DNA of 64,000 nucleotides, from the sequence record PZ179880.1; one strand, 5' to 3'. This stretch comes from a phage. A program made the position numbers and the translations under genes. Shown here piece after piece: positions 1 to 8,376 of this stretch. The first letter of the stretch is position 1; each line of letters opens with the position of its first letter. The notes under the pieces were generated by a model. That model ran no database searches and had not been told where the DNA came from. It saw only the letters and a program-made list of their open reading frames with translations.

Positions 1-619
1 TCTGTTTGGTGTTCTAGATCGCTTGTTCAAAGATAATGCTACCGGGAAAGTTCTTGCTTCCCGGGTAGCTGTCGTAATTCTTTTGTTTATAATGGCGATT
101 GTTTGGTATAGGGGAGATAGTTTCTTTGAGTACTATAAGCAATCAAAGTATGAAACATACAGTGAAATTATTGAAAAGGAAAGAAATGCACGCTTTGAAT
201 CTGTCGCCCTGGAACAACTCCAGATAGTTCATATATCATCTGAGGCAGACTTTAGTGCGGTGTATTCTTTCCGCCCTAAAAACTTAAACTATTTTGTTGA
301 TATTATAGCATATGAAGGAAAATTACCTTCAACAATAAGCGAAAAATCACTTGGAGGATATCCTGTTGATAAAACTATGGATGAATATACAGTTCATTTA
401 AATGGACGTCATTATTATTCCGACTCAAAATTTGCTTTTTTACCAACTAAAAAGCCTACTCCCGAAATAAATTACATGTACAGTTGTCCATATTTCAATT
501 TGGATAATATCTATGCTGGAACAATAACCATGTACTGGTATAGAAATGATCATATAAGTAATGACCGCCTTGAATCAATATGTTCTCAGGCGGCCAGAAT
601 ATTAGGAAGGGCTAAATAA
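1..619 (+). CDS. t: Holin t (lysis-inhibition holin), 5' end cut by window start
   Basis: Frame from nt 2 reads LFGVLDRLFKDNATGKVLASR..., matching T4 holin from about residue 13 to the C-terminus (memory); track start at 23 is a TTG. Confidence 0.9.
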   Translation, partial: LFGVLDRLFKDNATGKVLASRVAVVILLFIMAIVWYRGDSFFEYYKQSKYETYSEIIEKERNARFESVALEQLQIVHISSEADFSAVYSFRPKNLNYFVDIIAYEGKLPSTISEKSLGGYPVDKTMDEYTVHLNGRHYYSDSKFAFLPTKKPTPEINYMYSCPYFNLDNIYAGTITMYWYRNDHISNDRLESICSQAARILGRAK

Positions 620-892
620 TTATTTGTTTGTATACATCTCTAGATATCGATATACACCCTCAAAACCCTCGTTGAATTCGTCGATGAGGGTTTTCTTATC
701 TTCTTGAGTTAATTCAGAAACAATTTTACGGAATGAATTCTGATTTAACTTTCTACCTTCATGCGTTACTCCAATCTCATTCAGAAATGCGATAAAATTA
801 GCACGATTCTCAACAATATCTTCTCTGGAAAATTTAATCAAAATAGACGCAACAGTAATAATTTCACGAACTGTATCAATGTTTTTATTCAT
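620..892 (-). CDS. asiA: Anti-sigma70 factor AsiA
   Basis: 90 aa MNKNIDTVREIITVASILIKFSRED... matches T4 AsiA over full length (memory). Confidence 0.95.
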   Translation of the reverse strand: MNKNIDTVREIITVASILIKFSREDIVENRANFIAFLNEIGVTHEGRKLNQNSFRKIVSELTQEDKKTLIDEFNEGFEGVYRYLEMYTNK

Positions 893-904
893 TAACTATA
901 CCAC

Positions 905-1057
905 TCAATTAGTTGACTTTATTATAATATCATCAGACACTTGATTTGTAAACTGGTCTGTGTTATTTTCTTCAAAAATTTTTTCTACGAATTCCTTGAA
1001 CGACTCACGTTCCTGAGCTACATTATGCTCGATTACCTTTTCAAGATTATGACTCAT
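905..1057 (-). CDS. Hypothetical small protein (50 aa), ATGA-coupled to arn stop
   Basis: Hand-translated MSHNLEKVIEHNVAQERESF...; below track cutoff; contains the asiA early promoter. Confidence 0.3.
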   Translation of the reverse strand: MSHNLEKVIEHNVAQERESFKEFVEKIFEENNTDQFTNQVSDDIIIKSTN

Positions 1058-1332
1058 TCAAAATAATCTTCAATTTCGTAATCATGGACATAAATCATTA
1101 TAGTTTTTAATACATCATCAATACTTTTTCCTGGAGCTGGAATTACGTAAAAATATCCTGCTTTTGAGAGGTCTTTATAAGTTCCAACCAAGAAATCATT
1201 ATTCTCGAGATGTAGTTCTTCAACTAATTCATTAACAATTGAGTGGTATAAATTTGGTAGAAGCTTATATAGCTTTTCTAGAATATCAATTTTGATTGTA
1301 TATTGAACCACAGATTGAGAATCAATAATCAT
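1054..1332 (-). CDS. arn: Anti-restriction nuclease Arn (McrBC inhibitor)
   Basis: 92 aa; sequence, length and position between asiA and motA match T4 Arn (memory). Confidence 0.85.
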   Translation of the reverse strand: MIIDSQSVVQYTIKIDILEKLYKLLPNLYHSIVNELVEELHLENNDFLVGTYKDLSKAGYFYVIPAPGKSIDDVLKTIMIYVHDYEIEDYFE

Positions 1333-1415
1333 AGACCTTCCCCTTATGTTTCTGTTTGCGATTAGATTCTTTAAACGCTTTCTTCTTATCCTTATGGACA
1401 GAAGCTTTATTAAAA

Positions 1416-1634
1416 TTATGTTTTGCGACTAAATTGTTCATAGTGCTGAATTACCTCTCTTAAACATTTGCATGTGAATGAAAACTTTTTAGCTACACCA
1501 CATTCAAATATATGTTCTCTTAAATCACGCGTGTCAGTATATCCCATCTCAACAATAAAATGCCGTATTAGATTTTTATCTTTATCGTTGAGGGAATTAA
1601 AATAATCGGATTTTGAATTAATTTCCCTGGCCAA
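1416..1634 (-). CDS. Hypothetical protein (72 aa)
   Basis: Minus-strand ORF in arn-motA interval; co-oriented, compact. Confidence 0.45.
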   Translation of the reverse strand: MAREINSKSDYFNSLNDKDKNLIRHFIVEMGYTDTRDLREHIFECGVAKKFSFTCKCLREVIQHYEQFSRKT

Positions 1635-1914
1635 ATTGAATCACCTTCAGTTGACGTTTTAGTTCTTTTATCATTTCTTCGTTCATCGCAATATAAAGAT
1701 CACGTAAAGCAGGTTTTAGCATTCCATTTATTGGGGAACTAAATGGACATACATAATCTTTTCCTACGAGCTTTTTAGTTAATTCCATATCGCAAAACTG
1801 AAATGCAGGTTCATTAGCATAAATTCCCCAATTAGTTGACATCATTTTATTGGCATATTCCAACGCCTGGATTTGATTAGTAATTCCATCAATTTGAAAC
1901 TTTTTAATATTCAT
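1618..1914 (-). CDS. Hypothetical protein (98 aa)
   Basis: Minus-strand ORF, tightly packed with neighbours. Confidence 0.5.
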   Translation of the reverse strand: MNIKKFQIDGITNQIQALEYANKMMSTNWGIYANEPAFQFCDMELTKKLVGKDYVCPFSSPINGMLKPALRDLYIAMNEEMIKELKRQLKVIQFGQGN

Positions 1915-2375
1915 TAGTAAAGGTCCTCAGAGTAAAGTTCTTTTTCACTACCACCACGTTCAATACGTACTTGTCCAGCGTAAGTTGCAATAATCATTGC
2001 TTCTTCACGTGTCCAATAATTACTATATTGGTCAATAAACCCTTGATCATCATCACAAACTTGCTGAGTAACTAATTGAGGTTTAACTACATCTAAAACT
2101 TCTGCCATATCTTTAGAATAATGACGAGCACCCGGAATAATAAGAGTTCGTCCATCTTTTAATTTAAAACGGTTGGCTGCGCAAACAATTCGTCGTTGAT
2201 ACTTTTGGTTTTCGTCCCAATATGCGGTCTGCCAACAGATTTCAGGAACTTCTTTTAGAATATCTTCTTCTGTGCATTTATAACCATGTGCTTTAAATTT
2301 TTCAACAAGACTTTCTGGAGTTTCACGAGATAAAGGAACATTCAACATTTTTAAACGATTAATAAATGGATTCAT
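1914..2375 (-). CDS. Hypothetical protein (153 aa)
   Basis: Minus-strand ORF, start overlaps upstream stop. Confidence 0.55.
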   Translation of the reverse strand: MNPFINRLKMLNVPLSRETPESLVEKFKAHGYKCTEEDILKEVPEICWQTAYWDENQKYQRRIVCAANRFKLKDGRTLIIPGARHYSKDMAEVLDVVKPQLVTQQVCDDDQGFIDQYSNYWTREEAMIIATYAGQVRIERGGSEKELYSEDLY

Positions 2376-2701
2376 TTAAACCATCCTTTAATACGCTGCC
2401 ACAAAGTTTTCTGCTGAGCTTTGTTAACACCAATTGAGCGAATAACTGGTTGAGATTCCTGGAATTCTTTATAATCAGCAAGGTAAATTTCGTAAGCTGA
2501 ATCTGTAAAGGAACTTATAGCTGCCATGAAATTATTGCGAATACCTACTGGAGCATCTTTACTTTCACGAATAATCATGTATTTACCAGTCTTAATCTTT
2601 ACAATAGTTCCAAGATAAGCTCCGTGGTACCAGATGTCCCATCCCTCTTGAGTGGGTTCTGCACAACGACGAAGTTCATTGATAATTTCTAACTTGTTCA
2701 T
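2372..2701 (-). CDS. Hypothetical protein (109 aa)
   Basis: Minus-strand ORF immediately downstream of motA. Confidence 0.55.
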   Translation of the reverse strand: MNKLEIINELRRCAEPTQEGWDIWYHGAYLGTIVKIKTGKYMIIRESKDAPVGIRNNFMAAISSFTDSAYEIYLADYKEFQESQPVIRSIGVNKAQQKTLWQRIKGWFK

Positions 2702-2711
2702 TATTTATTCC

Positions 2712-3347
2712 TCATAGTTCAGATGCTACGGTGATTACAGCTTCAATGTTTTCTGCTGAGCGTTTAATGTCAAGATACACATTACCGTTTTTAGCGATTT
2801 TACATGACATTCCGATATCAATAAATTTCTGAATATGATGTTCCATCATTTTGTATCCAAAAATTCGCATATTTCCATTGTTGTTAATTTCAAAATTACG
2901 AATTCCGTGAGTGCGTTTTTCTAAAATAGCGAGATAGTTACTACGATAAGTTTCAACCTTTTTAAGAACAAATCCATTTTCATCTAAAAGTTTTAACATA
3001 AAGTCTTTATCTTCTTCCATATCAGAAGTAATCTCGCGAGCTTTACGAGTTGCTCGTTTTTTCAGCAGTTCAGGAGCGTTTTCCTGTGCGTATAAAGTTG
3101 CTGCATTTGAAATAATATCCTGAGCTTCACCAGTAATGATTAATCCATCACCAGATTTCTCTACTAGGCCTTTTTTAATCAATACCCCAATATTACTATT
3201 AACTACTGCATTACCTAAATCTGGATGCACCTCACGAACTTCTGCAGCTGCAATGAAATCTTTCTTAGCAATGGTAATTAAAATCGCAGCAGTTTTTTCA
3301 TTCAGAACATCGTTAGAAGCTTTGATGATGTAAGTTACTTTAGACAT
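2712..3347 (-). CDS. motA: Middle-transcription activator MotA
   Basis: 211 aa MSKVTYIIKASNDVLNEKTAAILITIAKKDF... matches T4 MotA (memory). Confidence 0.95.
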   Translation of the reverse strand: MSKVTYIIKASNDVLNEKTAAILITIAKKDFIAAAEVREVHPDLGNAVVNSNIGVLIKKGLVEKSGDGLIITGEAQDIISNAATLYAQENAPELLKKRATRKAREITSDMEEDKDFMLKLLDENGFVLKKVETYRSNYLAILEKRTHGIRNFEINNNGNMRIFGYKMMEHHIQKFIDIGMSCKIAKNGNVYLDIKRSAENIEAVITVASEL

Positions 3348-3388
3348 TTTCTAATCTCCGTAATTCTGTATCAGTAGTTGATAGTTGT

Positions 3389-3417
3389 ATAGTACCACAG
3401 TATGCTTTGGTTGTAAA
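3389..3417 (-). promoter_or_regulatory. T4-type early promoter upstream of motA (-35 TTTACA, 17-bp spacer, -10 TACTAT, TGn, A-rich UP element)
   Basis: Minus-strand reading GTTTACA..N17..TGGTACTAT; UP element revcomp of gttttgtgaaaaaaatttt at 3421-3438. Confidence 0.7.
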
Positions 3418-3440
3418 CCGTTTTGTGAAAAAAATTTTGA

Positions 3441-3470
3441 AATAAAAAAGGGAGAGCCGAGGCTCTCCCT
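3441..3470 (-). terminator. Rho-independent terminator after gene 52 / small ORF
   Basis: GC stem gggagagcc/ggctctccc followed by U-run on minus transcript (plus aataaaaaa). Confidence 0.7.
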
Positions 3471-3477
3471 AAAATTA

Positions 3478-3624
3478 CTACATGACTGTGATAACTGTCA
3501 TGATAACACGTTGAATTCCGAACGCAAGAAGACCTCCTGCTACGGCAGGAACAACACCTAAACCCGCCAGTAAAATGCTACCGGATACTAATGCAGCGCT
3601 TGTAATACCTATGAATGGACTCAT
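3478..3624 (-). CDS. Small hydrophobic membrane protein (48 aa), ATGA-coupled to gene 52 stop
   Basis: Hand-translated MSPFIGITSAALVSGSILLAGLGVVPAVAGG...; below track cutoff. Confidence 0.45.
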   Translation of the reverse strand: MSPFIGITSAALVSGSILLAGLGVVPAVAGGLLAFGIQRVIMTVITVM

Positions 3625-4949
3625 TTGATTTCCTCTAAATCTTTGGTGTATTCTGTAACTACATCAGTAGTTTTCCAATATTCGTTTTCTTCTTTTTTAG
3701 CTTTAGCTTCTTCAGCAAGTTTCTTTGCTTCGTCGGAAGTCATATGAAAAATGTTCATTCCAACTAGTTTATCAACATAAGAAGAATACATCTCAATTTT
3801 AGAAAGTTCTTCGGTCAGTTCTTTACGAGTTTTACCCTGCACCACAATTTCACCTGAAATTACTTTCTTAATGAAATGTGCCTTGGCAAAGGCTAGACGA
3901 AATGCTGATTCAGTTTCTTTGATTTTGTTATCAATTCGTTTTTGGACATAAGTTTTACGAACTTCAACGAAGTCTTTGATTAAATCAACTACGTTGTCGT
4001 AAACTTGCAGCTTTCCTTTCTCATTAATAACGGTAATATTCTGGGAACGACGCTCAATCAACCCGAAGTCTTTCATAATTTTCGCGTGACGTTCTTCTTC
4101 GTTATCGCTCAAAGAGTATTCTTTGCGGAATTTAACTTTAAAGCCAAAGCCATGCTCACCACAAGCATCATCCCATGTAATGAAGCCTTTATCTTCAAGC
4201 GGGTCTAAGATTTTACTCACATAAGTTTCACGATCATACTTATATGGAATCTCAGTGATATGCATTTGGGTTCGTGAAGTAAACTTGTACGTTCCACGAA
4301 TTTCATATTGGCCATCAATTTCAACGACTTCACCACGAAATTCTGGGAATTCTACCTTCGGTTTAGTTACTTTCTTTCCTTGAAGAGCTTGTAGTACAGC
4401 TTTCTTGACAGAAGAAACACTATGAGGAAGAATGTAAGTTGCATAACCAGTTGCAATACCGGAAACACCATTAAGAAGAACAGTAGGAATAATAGGCAAA
4501 TAGAAAGCAGGAGGAATGTGTTCTTTATCTTGATGTACCGGAGCATATTCAGTATCTTTATATACGTTATAGAAATTTTTACTTACACGAGCAAAAATAT
4601 AACGACTTGCCGCTGCTTTTTGAACAGTACGAGAACCAAAGTTTCCTTGACCATCTAACAAAGGAAAGTTATTATTCCAAGTGTTAGCCATCAAAGCCCC
4701 CGCATCTTGTGCGGAGTTTTCGCCATGATGATATCCAAGGTCAGCTACACCACCTGCAATAGAAGCGAGTTTGTGAAACTTATCTTTATTTCCCCGTGCC
4801 AAATCAAGAGCTCGAGCGATAACAAATCGTTGAACTGGCTTAAATCCATCAATCATATTTGGAATAGCACGATTTTCAACCGTGTACATAGCATAAGCCA
4901 ATGCTTCATTATCAATGATACTTTTTAAATCACGATTATTCAGTTGCAT
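3621..4949 (-). CDS. 52: DNA topoisomerase II medium subunit gp52 (GyrA-like)
   Basis: 442 aa; MQLNNRDLKSIIDNEALAYAMYTVENRAIP... matches T4 gp52 (memory). Confidence 0.95.
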   Translation of the reverse strand: MQLNNRDLKSIIDNEALAYAMYTVENRAIPNMIDGFKPVQRFVIARALDLARGNKDKFHKLASIAGGVADLGYHHGENSAQDAGALMANTWNNNFPLLDGQGNFGSRTVQKAAASRYIFARVSKNFYNVYKDTEYAPVHQDKEHIPPAFYLPIIPTVLLNGVSGIATGYATYILPHSVSSVKKAVLQALQGKKVTKPKVEFPEFRGEVVEIDGQYEIRGTYKFTSRTQMHITEIPYKYDRETYVSKILDPLEDKGFITWDDACGEHGFGFKVKFRKEYSLSDNEEERHAKIMKDFGLIERRSQNITVINEKGKLQVYDNVVDLIKDFVEVRKTYVQKRIDNKIKETESAFRLAFAKAHFIKKVISGEIVVQGKTRKELTEELSKIEMYSSYVDKLVGMNIFHMTSDEAKKLAEEAKAKKEENEYWKTTDVVTEYTKDLEEIK

Positions 4950-4953
4950 AAAT

Positions 4954-5094
4954 TTACCATACTAGTGAATGTAGTGCCATAATAACATCAGAAATGAAAA
5001 GCACGACTTGAATTAATCCGAACATTACTCCATAATATAGCGCTATCAATAAAATAGCAAGGGCTACCGAGTAGCCCAAGATTTTCTTAATCAT
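4954..5094 (-). CDS. Small hydrophobic membrane protein (46 aa)
   Basis: Hand-translated MIKKILGYSVALAILLIALYYGVMFGL...; lies between 52 and stp. Confidence 0.4.
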   Translation of the reverse strand: MIKKILGYSVALAILLIALYYGVMFGLIQVVLFISDVIMALHSLVW

Positions 5095-5245
5095 TAGTAG
5101 ATAACAACACAAATGTTAAATATGCACACATACCCTGGGCTAAAGCTTGTGAAAACACACTGCTAGCATCGATACAGATAGTTAAAACACATGCTACTAT
5201 CCAACAAATAAATGAAATAACTCCTAATAATTTTGCAATATTCAT
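5087..5245 (-). CDS. Small hydrophobic membrane protein (52 aa); size and position fit T4 ac but not sequence-verified
   Basis: Hand-translated MNIAKLLGVISFICWIVACVLTICID...; GAGG SD 5 nt upstream. Confidence 0.4.
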   Translation of the reverse strand: MNIAKLLGVISFICWIVACVLTICIDASSVFSQALAQGMCAYLTFVLLSTND

Positions 5246-5252
5246 ATTTTCC

Positions 5253-5333
5253 TCACTGGCGTCCGAAGACGCCTTTAGTTTTAAGATTGTTACGATAGAA
5301 CTGCATCACGTGTTCGTTATGGAAATTACTCAT
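5253..5333 (-). CDS. stp: Stp peptide (26 aa; Stp is known in T4 as a restriction inhibitor and activator of the PrrC anticodon nuclease)
   Basis: Hand-translated [26 protein letters not shown], matching T4 Stp (memory); TAATG overlap with ndd stop. Confidence 0.85.
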
Positions 5334-5788
5334 TAATATGCCTGCAAAACAAATTTAAAGTTATCAGCCAACATACGGTTCATTTCTTCAAGTGTTTGAT
5401 ACTCAGAATGATGATTACGAGTAAACGCTAAAGCTAACTGACCTTTTCCAAATCCCGTCGTCAGAGGTTTCATCTTAGAAGCAGGTAGATAAAATACTGT
5501 GTATGGAACATTGTTATTTGCAATAGTACGCGCGAGCTGGGACCGACGCTGACGAATATGACTTAGAACTGCACTGAATCCTTGCTTAGAACGCTGATTA
5601 CCTACATAAAATCGCGCAGATACACACGGACTATCAAATGGACCACCAAATTTACTCACTAAAAAGTAAAATCCAGGGTTAGATAAAATATCTTTATGCG
5701 GAGTTCCCAAAAACCACTCACCACCCTTGATTGTACCAATAACAGTAGCGCCTGCATTATTCAGATCAGTAACAGTCATGTATTTCAT
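5333..5788 (-). CDS. ndd: Nucleoid disruption protein Ndd
   Basis: 151 aa from [26 protein letters not shown]...; GAGGAAA SD; track ORF extended 16 codons upstream. Confidence 0.9.
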
Positions 5789-5848
5789 ATTAATTTCCTC
5801 TAAATTATTTTCTACTCCAAGGCCACATGAATACACGCGGCCATTAAA

Positions 5849-6064
5849 TTAATCGTCGCAGTCGACGCTCAATTCCCAAAACTCTTCTACGGTATAAGTT
5901 TCAGTATCATTTTCAATACAGAAACGTTCATTACTGTTATTTGCTAAAGTAGCATTAACTGTCATTTTTTCGCTAGTGCTCTTAAGAGGTGAAATACGAA
6001 TTAACTGATCACCATTATCTAAACAGAAAATTTCACCAACTTTTACATCTTTAAAAATTTTCAT
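5849..6064 (-). CDS. Hypothetical protein (71 aa)
   Basis: Minus-strand ORF downstream of ndd. Confidence 0.5.
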   Translation of the reverse strand: MKIFKDVKVGEIFCLDNGDQLIRISPLKSTSEKMTVNATLANNSNERFCIENDTETYTVEEFWELSVDCDD

Positions 6065-6072
6065 AATTCACC

Positions 6073-6180
6073 TCAGGGAGTATAAAATCCAAATGCAGTT
6101 GTTGACCATCCCATCCAATATGGGATATTTGCGCCAATGTAAAATACAAGAATATAAAACCAAATGCTTAGTAAATTCAT
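6073..6180 (-). CDS. Small hydrophobic peptide (35 aa)
   Basis: Hand-translated MNLLSIWFYILVFYIGANIPYWMGW...; start overlaps upstream stop. Confidence 0.3.
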   Translation of the reverse strand: MNLLSIWFYILVFYIGANIPYWMGWSTTAFGFYTP

Positions 6181-6377
6181 TATTTTACACCATTCCAAAT
6201 TGTTTCAACCACAGATTTCAAACCATTTTGGTGAATATCCATTCCGACAACTGCCATCAAATAGATTCCAACCACAACTGAAACCAAGGCGAAAATCAGC
6301 ATGAAAATGAATAAAGCTGGAAAAATATTATCGAAAAACCATTCCATAAATGTAAAAGCACTGCGTTTACGCTTCAT
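6180..6377 (-). CDS. Small membrane protein (65 aa from MKRKRSAF...)
   Basis: Track ORF trimmed to ATG with GAGGAAAA SD; long hydrophobic segment. Confidence 0.45.
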   Translation of the reverse strand: MKRKRSAFTFMEWFFDNIFPALFIFMLIFALVSVVVGIYLMAVVGMDIHQNGLKSVVETIWNGVK

Positions 6378-6384
6378 ATTTTCC

Positions 6385-6498
6385 TCACATAAATCCAAAG
6401 TAAGCGTTTAATACATCAATCATTAAAACAATTGGGAATATACTCAAAACTACTAGTATTATAACTACATTCCATATAGCTTTAACAATCTTTTTCAT
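6385..6498 (-). CDS. Small membrane protein (37 aa, MKKIVKAIWNVVIILVVLSIF...)
   Basis: ATG at 6498 with GGAGG SD, just downstream of the early promoter at 6527-6555; track ORF upstream part lies before the TSS. Confidence 0.4.
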   Translation of the reverse strand: MKKIVKAIWNVVIILVVLSIFPIVLMIDVLNAYFGFM

Positions 6499-6526
6499 TT
6501 TCTGTTCCTCCGTAGTTGATAGGGTA

Positions 6527-6555
6527 ATAATACCACAGAGGAACAGTCTTGTAAA
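6527..6555 (-). promoter_or_regulatory. T4-type early promoter (-35 TTTACA, -10 TATTAT, TGn)
   Basis: Minus-strand GTTTACA..N17..TGGTATTAT; part of 63-bp exact repeat also at 59245-59307. Confidence 0.65.
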
Positions 6556-6563
6556 CAACTTTT

Positions 6564-6662
6564 TTAAAAATATTCGTAATAAATGTGAATGCCAATCACT
6601 ACTGCCGAAACTTGCGCAACCCACCATGCACAAGCAATAAGTACAGAATTCAAAATTTTCAT
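6564..6662 (-). CDS. Small hydrophobic peptide (32 aa)
   Basis: Hand-translated MKILNSVLIACAWWVAQVSAVVIG...; GAGG SD. Confidence 0.3.
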   Translation of the reverse strand: MKILNSVLIACAWWVAQVSAVVIGIHIYYEYF

Positions 6663-6745
6663 AATAACCTCATCACAAAAGTAAATGTTAAACAAATTAA
6701 TGGAATACTAATTAACCAAATAAAACACCACCATAATGAACTCAT
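6659..6745 (-). CDS. Small hydrophobic peptide (28 aa)
   Basis: Hand-translated MSSLWWCFIWLISIPLICLTF...; ATGA overlaps at both ends. Confidence 0.3.
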   Translation of the reverse strand: MSSLWWCFIWLISIPLICLTFTFVMRLL

Positions 6746-7014
6746 AGTTCAATCTCAGCGATTTTCATTTCATTACTATTAATAGCCGCTTTAAGACTAT
6801 CTGAAAGAATTACATTCCAGTGGTCATTCATATGACCATTAACCAAGCGTGTAATTTCTTCGGGAGTTGAAAAATAAGGCGTATCAGACTCCCAATGCGA
6901 TAGTCCCAAGCGAGTATAAATCATACCTTCATCATCGCTAGAATATTCAACTGACACAAACTCATCAGTTATTTTATGTTTAGCGTAATAAAATTTAAAT
7001 TTCATTTTACTCAA
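6742..7014 (-). CDS. Hypothetical protein (90 aa)
   Basis: Minus-strand ORF, start overlaps upstream stop. Confidence 0.5.
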   Translation of the reverse strand: MSKMKFKFYYAKHKITDEFVSVEYSSDDEGMIYTRLGLSHWESDTPYFSTPEEITRLVNGHMNDHWNVILSDSLKAAINSNEMKIAEIEL

Positions 7015-7217
7015 TAATCCGCTAAAAGATCGACGATTGCATCACGAAGACACTTATTCGCAATACGCTTAAGAGCAATTTCAGTTTCTGGAGCATTTTG
7101 AATAATCATTGAATTCAATTCAGCCTCAGCAAACTGAAGTTCTTTAACTAATTCAGCTTTATATTTTCCTTGCCCTTTCTTAGCTTTTGCTCGTTTTAAT
7201 TCAGCTGTAGTAAACAT
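7011..7217 (-). CDS. Hypothetical protein (68 aa from MFTTAELKRAKAKKGQ...)
   Basis: Track ORF trimmed to ATG at 7217 (GGAGA SD), which lies downstream of the promoter at 7252-7280. Confidence 0.45.
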   Translation of the reverse strand: MFTTAELKRAKAKKGQGKYKAELVKELQFAEAELNSMIIQNAPETEIALKRIANKCLRDAIVDLLADY

Positions 7218-7251
7218 TTTATTCTCCAAATCCGTATCAGTTGATAGTTGT

Positions 7252-7280
7252 ATAGTACCACAGTCCTTGTGGTATGTAAA
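7252..7280 (-). promoter_or_regulatory. T4-type early promoter (-35 TTTACA, -10 TACTAT, TGn, UP element)
   Basis: Minus-strand GTTTACA..N17..TGGTACTAT downstream of denB stop. Confidence 0.65.
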
Positions 7281-7297
7281 CTGTTTTGTGAAAATTT

Positions 7298-7855
7298 TTA
7301 AATGGAAAGATACCATCCGTTGTAGTTGCTTTTTCTTACAACCTTACGAAGGTCTTCTCTATCACCGATGAACTTCGGAGTGTACTGGATGACACCTGGA
7401 TGAATTTCTTTAGTGTTGAATATAATTATACAGTCAGCGACTTGATGATTTAGAATGGGCCCTAGATTTATTCCAGAACCGTATGGATACTCTCCGCTGC
7501 ATCCGGTTGTTACCGAAATCCAACGTGAGTCAGTTTGATGTGTTTTGACTTCTACACGAAGCCCGCAGTATTTTGGATGCGCCAGTACATCCCACGCATA
7601 TGTATACGGGTCATTAACATCCTCTTGGCCTTTGTTAACGTACCCGCTTAGCCAATCTGCTACAAAAAATTCTGCGTACACAGCGATACGACATCTTTCA
7701 ATAACTTCTGCTTTATCCTGATTAGGATTTTGTTTTAAAGAGTATCTTGCTGTATCAGCAATTTTGACCTTCATTTCACTAGTCAAATCATTGTTCGATA
7801 GGGTAAATGTCGGAATCTGAAATAGTCTCTGTAAACCCGGATTCGTTTTCTGCAT
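7298..7855 (-). CDS. denB: Endonuclease IV DenB (dC-specific ssDNA endonuclease)
   Basis: 185 aa MQKTNPGLQRLFQIPTFTLSNNDL... matches T4 DenB in sequence and length (memory). Confidence 0.9.
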   Translation of the reverse strand: MQKTNPGLQRLFQIPTFTLSNNDLTSEMKVKIADTARYSLKQNPNQDKAEVIERCRIAVYAEFFVADWLSGYVNKGQEDVNDPYTYAWDVLAHPKYCGLRVEVKTHQTDSRWISVTTGCSGEYPYGSGINLGPILNHQVADCIIIFNTKEIHPGVIQYTPKFIGDREDLRKVVRKSNYNGWYLSI

Positions 7856-8117
7856 TTAGACTTTCCTTTTTACCGCTGAGATAAGCGTTATATACTTTAA
7901 GAGTACCATAATAAATTCTGTCATTTTCATCTAAAGACTCACGGTCGAGTTCATCGAGTTCCTTTTTATCCATGACTATAACATCATTACAGTAAAGAAA
8001 CCCAAGTTTTTCGTGACCAAACTCAAATTTATTGCAGTACACAATATTAGCGTGATGATTTCCGTGTAGATTAATCTCTTTTATGTCGGAATCACCGATA
8101 TTCATACAATAAATCAT
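7788..8117 (-). CDS. Hypothetical protein (109 aa), 3' end overlaps denB start
   Basis: Minus-strand ORF between rIIB and denB. Confidence 0.5.
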   Translation of the reverse strand: MIYCMNIGDSDIKEINLHGNHHANIVYCNKFEFGHEKLGFLYCNDVIVMDKKELDELDRESLDENDRIYYGTLKVYNAYLSGKKESLNAENESGFTETISDSDIYPIEQ

Positions 8118-8136
8118 AATTTCCCTTAAAACAAAA

Positions 8137-8148
8137 GGGCCGAAGCCC
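8137..8148 (-). terminator. Intercistronic GC stem-loop with UUCG tetraloop (terminator / RNA-stability element)
   Basis: plus gggccgaagccc = minus RNA GGGC-UUCG-GCCC, followed by U-rich run. Confidence 0.55.
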
Positions 8149-8153
8149 TTATT

Positions 8154-8348
8154 TTATTTGAATTGTGCAATTCTTTTCTCTAAACAATCTGCGTAAGATT
8201 TCATTGAGATAAATTGTGAAAGCAACAGTTCTTGTTCAACTTCATTAATCGTTAGAAACTTTGTGCTTTCTAAAAATTTGCTCAGTGCATTAATTTTGAG
8301 CATTAATTGATCGTATTCTTCTTTTACTCGTGCTTGATAACCTAACAT
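8154..8348 (-). CDS. Hypothetical protein (64 aa)
   Basis: Minus-strand ORF flanked by two UUCG hairpins. Confidence 0.45.
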   Translation of the reverse strand: MLGYQARVKEEYDQLMLKINALSKFLESTKFLTINEVEQELLLSQFISMKSYADCLEKRIAQFK

Positions 8349-8364
8349 AATTTTCCTTAGTTAA

Positions 8365-8376
8365 GGGCCGAAGCCC
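8365..8376 (-). terminator. Intercistronic UUCG-tetraloop stem-loop just after rIIB stop
   Basis: plus gggccgaagccc. Confidence 0.5.

Noticed and set aside
3136-3333. Plus-strand ORF (65 aa) inside motA
   Set aside because: Entirely antisense to the confidently identified motA; no SD; typical shadow ORF in AT-rich DNA.
4005-4928. Three plus-strand ORFs (67-78 aa) inside gene 52
   Set aside because: Antisense to gp52, low-complexity translations, no ribosome-binding sites.
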